NCBI GenBank assembly: GCA_963169875.1
Contig: CAUJEL010000147.1
Span: 989-64,988 of the forward strand
Reading direction: 5' to 3'
Length of the DNA stretch: 64,000 bases
From: Candidatus Zhuqueibacterota bacterium
Lineage (GTDB): Bacteria; Zhuqueibacterota; Zhuqueibacteria; Residuimicrobiales; Residuimicrobiaceae
Part shown: positions 58,977 through 64,000 of the stretch, piece by piece
Layout of the letters: each line of letters starts with the position of its first letter
How positions within the stretch are numbered: position 1 is the first letter of the stretch
Program-made: the position numbers and the translations under genes
Notes under the pieces: model-generated
The model's database searches: none
Told to the model about the DNA's origin: nothing
Seen by the model: only the letters and a program-made list of their open reading frames with translations

Positions 58977-59522
58977 TTATTTTCTATTTCGTAGCAGAAG
59001 CCAAATCCCCGTCACCAGCATCAGCAACGCCAGGATGGCGGATGAGTCAATCCATCCCATGCGCCGCGAAAACAGGCCCAGCGCGATGACGGCCGAGATA
59101 AACGCCAGCAACCGCGCCCAGATGAAATGAATCATGGATCGATGTGTAAACCACAAGCAGTAGAACGTGAGGCTGGCGCCGCTGAAAAAGACCACGCTTT
59201 GTAATCCGGGTTTGATCAGGTTTAAGGCGGAGAGCAGCATCATGACGGCCAGGGTGAAGAAAATGCCCGCCGGAAGCAGTGTCCACCAGTACGCATCTTC
59301 TTCGAGAAAATAACGGGCAAAAACCGCGGCGGCGGCGATGAAAAAGAGGGCGGCAAACAGATCTTGAATGAGGCCGTGCGGCCAGGCTTTTGTCAGCATG
59401 GCGAAAACACCCGCCACCAGAAAAACGATGCCGATGTAAACAACATGGCGATGGCTTAACATACGCGTATTCCCCGGATTCTGTATGAACTTGCCCGCAG
59501 CGATTGCATGCGCGCACCTCAT
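58977..59522 (-). CDS. Hypothetical small membrane protein (4-5 TM)
   Basis: Hydrophobic ORF. Start uncertain. Confidence 0.45.
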   Translation of the reverse strand: MRCAHAIAAGKFIQNPGNTRMLSHRHVVYIGIVFLVAGVFAMLTKAWPHGLIQDLFAALFFIAAAAVFARYFLEEDAYWWTLLPAGIFFTLAVMMLLSALNLIKPGLQSVVFFSGASLTFYCLWFTHRSMIHFIWARLLAFISAVIALGLFSRRMGWIDSSAILALLMLVTGIWLLLRNRK

Positions 59523-59624
59523 GGCTGATTTTAATCAGGATTACACCAATCGTTGACACCGGATCAGGGTATTCCAGGTCTGAGCAGTGACAAGAAGTAT
59601 TTACTTGCGGTTAATTTACAAAGA

Positions 59625-61148
59625 TTAAAATTTATATAAAAGCTCAAAATTGAAGATGTTGCTGCGGGCGTCGGATCCCTGTTCATTCCGGGCCAGATCC
59701 TGGTCCATATTGACCATGGCGCTAAAGGTCCAGCGTCCGGAGATCGTCCAGGTGAAGTATAGAAAAAGGGAGTGGATGTCGCGGTCGGAATAAAGCGTAT
59801 ACTCCGCCGGTAGTGTTCCGGCGTACGTGCGTATTTCATAGACATCGTACAAATTCATGAGCACTGGTCCCCAGATCATCTCGAATCCCACCACCGGGGC
59901 GTGCGCCTGAAAATTTTCCATGGCCACGGATTCGCTGACAGCGATATCCGCGGAGTGATGCTGCTTCTGGCGGAAGCGGTATCCCGCTTTCACGGTATAA
60001 TGGCCATTCAACATATAATGGAGCGTGGGTTCGATGATCAAATCGAGATAATCCGGCGTGGCTTGATCAGGATGGACATGGGATTTTGTATTCCAGCTGG
60101 TATTCAATTGCAGGGAGAGAGCTGAAGTGCTGCCGATGGAGAGAAGCGACTGGATGTACCATTCCTGAAAATCATTGGTGAGGAGGGAATCAATAAACCC
60201 GCTGCCGTAGCGGCGATTGCGGGATTGCACCATGCCGCGCAAGGACCAGGCGCGCAGGCCGATCGGGTACCAGAAAAGAGTCAGGATGTTTTCCGAATAG
60301 GCTTGTTCGGGTGTCTCGCGATAATCGCGCTGACGCCGGTCGAAACGGATTTCAGAGCGCAGCACATCGCGCCATTCGCCGCCGAGACGCAGGGAAGTCT
60401 GGCTTTGATGGTAGCTGTTGAAAAAAATGGATGGATAGCGGTAGCGCCGTGCCTGTTCCTCCCGTTCGAGCGCTATGGTCAAGGGCCGCAGCGGATGCCA
60501 GTTCAGCCGTCCGAGGAATTGGTTGTTCCAGTAGCGCAGACTTTTTTCGCGTTGATAATGGATGCTCTCCAGACGGTCAGCTACCTGCAGGGACACTTTT
60601 GCACCGATGGGCGCTTCAAACTTCAGCTCGGCGTTGCCCGAGCCGTATTCATGTCCGTATCTACCCTCTGTTTGCGCGTGCAGGATGGCGCCGCGCTGAT
60701 CCGTCCCGCGATAGATTAAGCGCAATCCCGTGTAGGGATTGCCCTGGCTTTCGTAGATGGCGCTGTCCTGATCCGACAGCGAGATGCTGTATTTTTGCTG
60801 CCACAGGTCCGTGCCGGCGATGGCTTCCAGAGCCCAGACATGGGAGGCTTTCTGCGGGGGCGTCGCTGTGAAAGCGCGTTGCTCCAGGAATTCCAGCGCC
60901 AGGTCGATGTAGGCGGCGGCTACCACATAATCATCGCCAAGGGCGGCGGAATCCGCGTCCTGAATTGCCTGGGCGATGTCCAGCGGCAAAGCGTCGTTTT
61001 GTCCATCGCGCAGACGCTCCAGGCGCGCCCATTTTATCTGGAAGATCATTTCGTCTTCTGCGGAAACTGAAAGAGTATCTGTGAGCACGGCATGGGCTGC
61101 TCCCGGCAGCAGAGCAATGATTGTCAGGTGAATTATAAGACACAGCAT
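59625..61148 (-). CDS. Hypothetical outer-membrane beta-barrel protein
   Basis: Signal peptide (MLCLIIHLTIIALLPGAAHA). Alternating beta pattern. C-terminal …ELLYKF aromatic terminus. Lies downstream of, and in the same orientation as, the giant T9SS cargo gene. Confidence 0.55.
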   Translation of the reverse strand: MLCLIIHLTIIALLPGAAHAVLTDTLSVSAEDEMIFQIKWARLERLRDGQNDALPLDIAQAIQDADSAALGDDYVVAAAYIDLALEFLEQRAFTATPPQKASHVWALEAIAGTDLWQQKYSISLSDQDSAIYESQGNPYTGLRLIYRGTDQRGAILHAQTEGRYGHEYGSGNAELKFEAPIGAKVSLQVADRLESIHYQREKSLRYWNNQFLGRLNWHPLRPLTIALEREEQARRYRYPSIFFNSYHQSQTSLRLGGEWRDVLRSEIRFDRRQRDYRETPEQAYSENILTLFWYPIGLRAWSLRGMVQSRNRRYGSGFIDSLLTNDFQEWYIQSLLSIGSTSALSLQLNTSWNTKSHVHPDQATPDYLDLIIEPTLHYMLNGHYTVKAGYRFRQKQHHSADIAVSESVAMENFQAHAPVVGFEMIWGPVLMNLYDVYEIRTYAGTLPAEYTLYSDRDIHSLFLYFTWTISGRWTFSAMVNMDQDLARNEQGSDARSNIFNFELLYKF

Positions 61149-61417
61149 CTTGATCCATGCGGATGGAAATCCACAAAGAAGACGAATGTCCGTTGTCAGC
61201 AACGCGCTGGTTGATGGCGCCGGCTGATATCGATTCGTTCTCCCGAAAACAGAAAATGGATTCTTTTTAAAGTGGTGATTCATTGGCCTCTGTCGATGCG
61301 GATATCGTGGCGCTGTTTTTTGGTCATGGACGGCCGTTTCCTCAATATAAAAGAGAAAGGCTACAGGCGCTGCGCCTGTGCCTTTCTCCTCTATTCAATG
61401 AAAATGTCGGGTGATGT

Positions 61418-64000
61418 TTATTTTAATAGCAGCATTCGTTTGATTTGCGTAAAGGTTTCCGGACCGGATTCGATGCGCAGCCGGTAGTAGTAAACGCCGG
61501 AAGCCTGCAGCCGCCCCATCTGGTCGGTGCCATCCCAGACAGCGGTGTAGCGGCCAACGGGGCGTTGACCTTGTTCCAGGATCTTGACCTCGCGGCCGAG
61601 GAGATCGAAAACCTGCAGGGAGACGCGTCCCGCCGCCGGCAGCGTGTAGGCGATGGTCGTGACCGGATTGAACGGATTGGGATAATTCTGCTGCAAGGTG
61701 AATTGCAGCGGCAGCTCTGTACTACTGGCCACTTCTGTCGCTGCAGCATCCATCGTCACAGCAGCATCATAGATATTCTGGCCGCCGCCCACGGACAGCA
61801 GGTTATCCGGCGCCGGTGCGGCATACCCGGCTGCCGAGGCCGACAAAGTATAAGTGTCAGCCGGAAGGCTTTCCAGGGAAAAATAACCCGCTTCGTCGGT
61901 GAAAACGGCTGCAATAGCTTGCTGACTGGATGCGGATTTGGCCAATGCATACCCAGCGCTGTTCTCATCGGCAAAGACCGCAACCAGCGCATCGCCCACG
62001 GGCTTGCCATGGCGATCCTTGACCTGGCCGGCTATTTGATAGGCGCCCTGGGGTTGTGGCGCCAGGCCAAAATCGATGCCAATGACTTCCTGATCTGCGA
62101 CAACCTCGATCTCGGTTGCTTCGAGCCAATCACGCACGTCCTGGTAAAATTCACCGACATAGCCGCGGCCGTGGCTGGCGACGACATATTTTCCCGGCTC
62201 AAGACCGAGAATGATGTAGCTGCCATCGGCGGCTGTGACGGCTTTGCCCGGCCGTGCGAAATGCATAACCGGCATGGCGATAATGACGGCGTTGGGGACC
62301 GGCAGACCGGTGCTGTCATCGGTGACCATGCCCGAAATGCTGCGGGGTTTGGCTGCGATTTTCACCAGGTTAAAGTCGATGACTTCTGTAGCGGCCGGGG
62401 CGGTCACCTGCACTGCCGTCGCTTCGCGGCGCGTGGCGACGCTGTCATGCCATTGCGGTAAATACGCAGGCGCTGCGCAATTCACATAATAGAGCCCAGC
62501 CGGCAGACCTTCAACTGCATAGATGCCTTCAGCATTGCTGTGCGCACTCCACGCTTTGCGGTTGTTCTGCGGATGGACGGTCACCACCGCGTGGGCGATT
62601 GGTAATCCGGTGGCCGCATCGGTCACCAGACCGGAGATGGAACCGCCCGTTGTGAGGGTAAAATGGATGGTGTCAAGCACGATACCATCGGCGACGGTCA
62701 CCCTGGTGGCTTTGCTCACCGAATCGGCTTCCTGCCAGAACTCGGGCAGATAGTCGCGCGCTTCAGCCACGACGAGATAATCGCCGGCGGGCAAAGCGCT
62801 GAATTGGTAGACGCCCTCGCTATCGCTGCGCGCCTCGAAATGGCGGCGGCTGCCCTTGCGTTCGCTATAAACGCTCACCCTGGCGCCGGCAATGGGAAGA
62901 TTGGTGGAAGCATCCGTGACCATGCCGCTGAGCTGTCCCAGTTTTCCCAGATCGACATTTATCAGTGTGTGGTTGTTCTCAGTGACTTCAATCTTTGTGG
63001 CGGTTTTTTGCTCAAGCGCATTCTCATACCATTCTGCCGCATAGCCTTTAGCTTCGACTTTTACATAATAGTTGCCGGGCTGAAGGCTGAGAAGAAAGGC
63101 GCCGGTGGAATCACTGCGATCCTGCACGCTGCGCGGCTGGTGTTTGGGTCCTGTCGAAGAGACAGCATAAGCCGTTACCACGGCGCGGGTAACCGGCTCA
63201 CCGCTCACGGCATCGCGGATGACACCTGTGATGGCGCTTTTCATGGCCAGTGAAAAATTGATATTTTCGCTGGTTAACGGCTGCGTCACCGTTACTTTTG
63301 TGGCTGCGTCGGGACGGACTGCATCGAGATAATATTCACTGCTGTATCCCTTCAGGGAGGCCGAGACCAGATAATCGCCGCTGACAAGGCCGGCGATGAT
63401 GTAAGTGCCGTCCGCGTCCGTGATGGCGCGGGCATCGGTGCGGAGATTTTCGGGCAGAAAAGCTTTGACAATGGCTCCCGCAAGCGGCGTCACGCCATCG
63501 GCTGTCATCACGCTGCCGCTGATGGCGCCGCCCATTTCGAGGGTGAAATCGACAGCCGTGGCTGTGTCTTCTTCTGCGAGGGTGACGGGATCGGCCTCTA
63601 ATAACGTGCTGGCTTCCTGATAATATTCGACGAGGTAGCCCTCTTTTTCGGCTTTGACCACGTACCATCCAGGGATCAATCCGCCGAGAAAATAGTTACC
63701 TGCCCCGTCGCTTGCCGTTCTGCGCGAAAAAGCGGTCGTGCCAACGCGGGTGGCGGTGATGATGGCTTCGGGCAGGGGGGCGCCGGCGTCATCCTGGATA
63801 GCTCCGGCGATGGCGGATTTGGCCTCAGGGCTGACGATGACCGTGGCTTCGCCGCGGTAGAGTTTGTCCTCGATGCCCACCAGAGCGGTGATATGGCCTT
63901 CACCGGTCATCGGTCCGGCGAGAAACGTTCCATCAGATTTCATCATGCCCAAAAATTTCGGATCCACACTCCAGCGAACACCTTCCGAGCGCAGGGAGAC
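61418..64000 (-). CDS. Giant secreted protein of tandem carboxypeptidase-regulatory-like (CarboxypepD_reg/Cna-B-like) domains with T9SS C-terminal sorting domain (5' end beyond window)
   Basis: At least eight repeats of the G-V-D-x-TG-PI-GA-V…DG-Y…L-GDY-V…GY module. C-terminal …NYPNPFNPVTTIAYTLP…LQVFDLLGREV…SGVYYYRLRI… tail. The frame remains open to the window edge. Confidence 0.8.
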   Translation of the reverse strand, partial: VSLRSEGVRWSVDPKFLGMMKSDGTFLAGPMTGEGHITALVGIEDKLYRGEATVIVSPEAKSAIAGAIQDDAGAPLPEAIITATRVGTTAFSRRTASDGAGNYFLGGLIPGWYVVKAEKEGYLVEYYQEASTLLEADPVTLAEEDTATAVDFTLEMGGAISGSVMTADGVTPLAGAIVKAFLPENLRTDARAITDADGTYIIAGLVSGDYLVSASLKGYSSEYYLDAVRPDAATKVTVTQPLTSENINFSLAMKSAITGVIRDAVSGEPVTRAVVTAYAVSSTGPKHQPRSVQDRSDSTGAFLLSLQPGNYYVKVEAKGYAAEWYENALEQKTATKIEVTENNHTLINVDLGKLGQLSGMVTDASTNLPIAGARVSVYSERKGSRRHFEARSDSEGVYQFSALPAGDYLVVAEARDYLPEFWQEADSVSKATRVTVADGIVLDTIHFTLTTGGSISGLVTDAATGLPIAHAVVTVHPQNNRKAWSAHSNAEGIYAVEGLPAGLYYVNCAAPAYLPQWHDSVATRREATAVQVTAPAATEVIDFNLVKIAAKPRSISGMVTDDSTGLPVPNAVIIAMPVMHFARPGKAVTAADGSYIILGLEPGKYVVASHGRGYVGEFYQDVRDWLEATEIEVVADQEVIGIDFGLAPQPQGAYQIAGQVKDRHGKPVGDALVAVFADENSAGYALAKSASSQQAIAAVFTDEAGYFSLESLPADTYTLSASAAGYAAPAPDNLLSVGGGQNIYDAAVTMDAAATEVASSTELPLQFTLQQNYPNPFNPVTTIAYTLPAAGRVSLQVFDLLGREVKILEQGQRPVGRYTAVWDGTDQMGRLQASGVYYYRLRIESGPETFTQIKRMLLLK

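Overview
GC-rich bacterial chromosomal segment of about 64 kb. Four proteins end in a type-IX-secretion (T9SS) C-terminal sorting domain, and the window also holds a GWxTD protein, a TonB-dependent receptor with an N-terminal carboxypeptidase-regulatory-like domain, and PorV/PorP-like outer-membrane barrels. Together these point to an FCB-group (Bacteroidota-related or candidate-phylum) organism. Most of the window is housekeeping. In order: (i) the 3' end of a sugar-modification operon (DegT aminotransferase, NeuD/PglD-like acetyltransferase, GT2 polyprenyl-phosphate glycosyltransferase, DUF2304-like membrane protein); (ii) a secreted glycoside-hydrolase-like protein whose stop codon sits in the first copy of an 8 x 40-bp tandem repeat that abuts tRNA-Leu(TAG); (iii) tig-clpP-clpX-engB; (iv) an AT-rich 660-bp gap with a consensus promoter; (v) a surface locus: DUF4397 lipoprotein, TonB-dependent receptor, 1142-aa T9SS cargo, PorV/PorP-like barrel, GWxTD protein, lipoprotein, S8 protease with T9SS tail; (vi) DUF2851-like protein, rsmI, CDP-alcohol phosphatidyltransferase, panD, myo-inositol-1-phosphate synthase (a candidate inositol-lipid module), MATE transporter, tmk, S41 protease, ppdK; (vii) an 800-bp intergenic region carrying a second 40-bp-period tandem repeat plus copies of a dispersed palindromic motif, upstream of membrane H+/Na+-pyrophosphatase; (viii) HAD hydrolase, TolB-like lipoprotein, beta-CASP RNase, hypothetical outer-membrane proteins, HhH-domain protein, GGDEF cyclase; (ix) a LamG-domain T9SS giant, NlpC/P60 peptidase, tsaC, a short pyruvate-kinase-like protein, selA (selenocysteine synthase), MFS transporter, outer-membrane barrel and a 5'-truncated giant T9SS protein built from CarboxypepD_reg-like repeats. 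I found no mobile element, CRISPR array, rRNA or clear defence system. The most unusual items are the two 40-bp tandem arrays, the dispersed AAAGATTCT..AGAATGACAT palindromic motif family, the cargo-plus-barrel T9SS pairing around a SusD-less TonB-dependent receptor, the inositol-lipid gene pair, and a pyruvate kinase lacking its C-terminal domain in a PPi-centred (ppdK/hppA) context.
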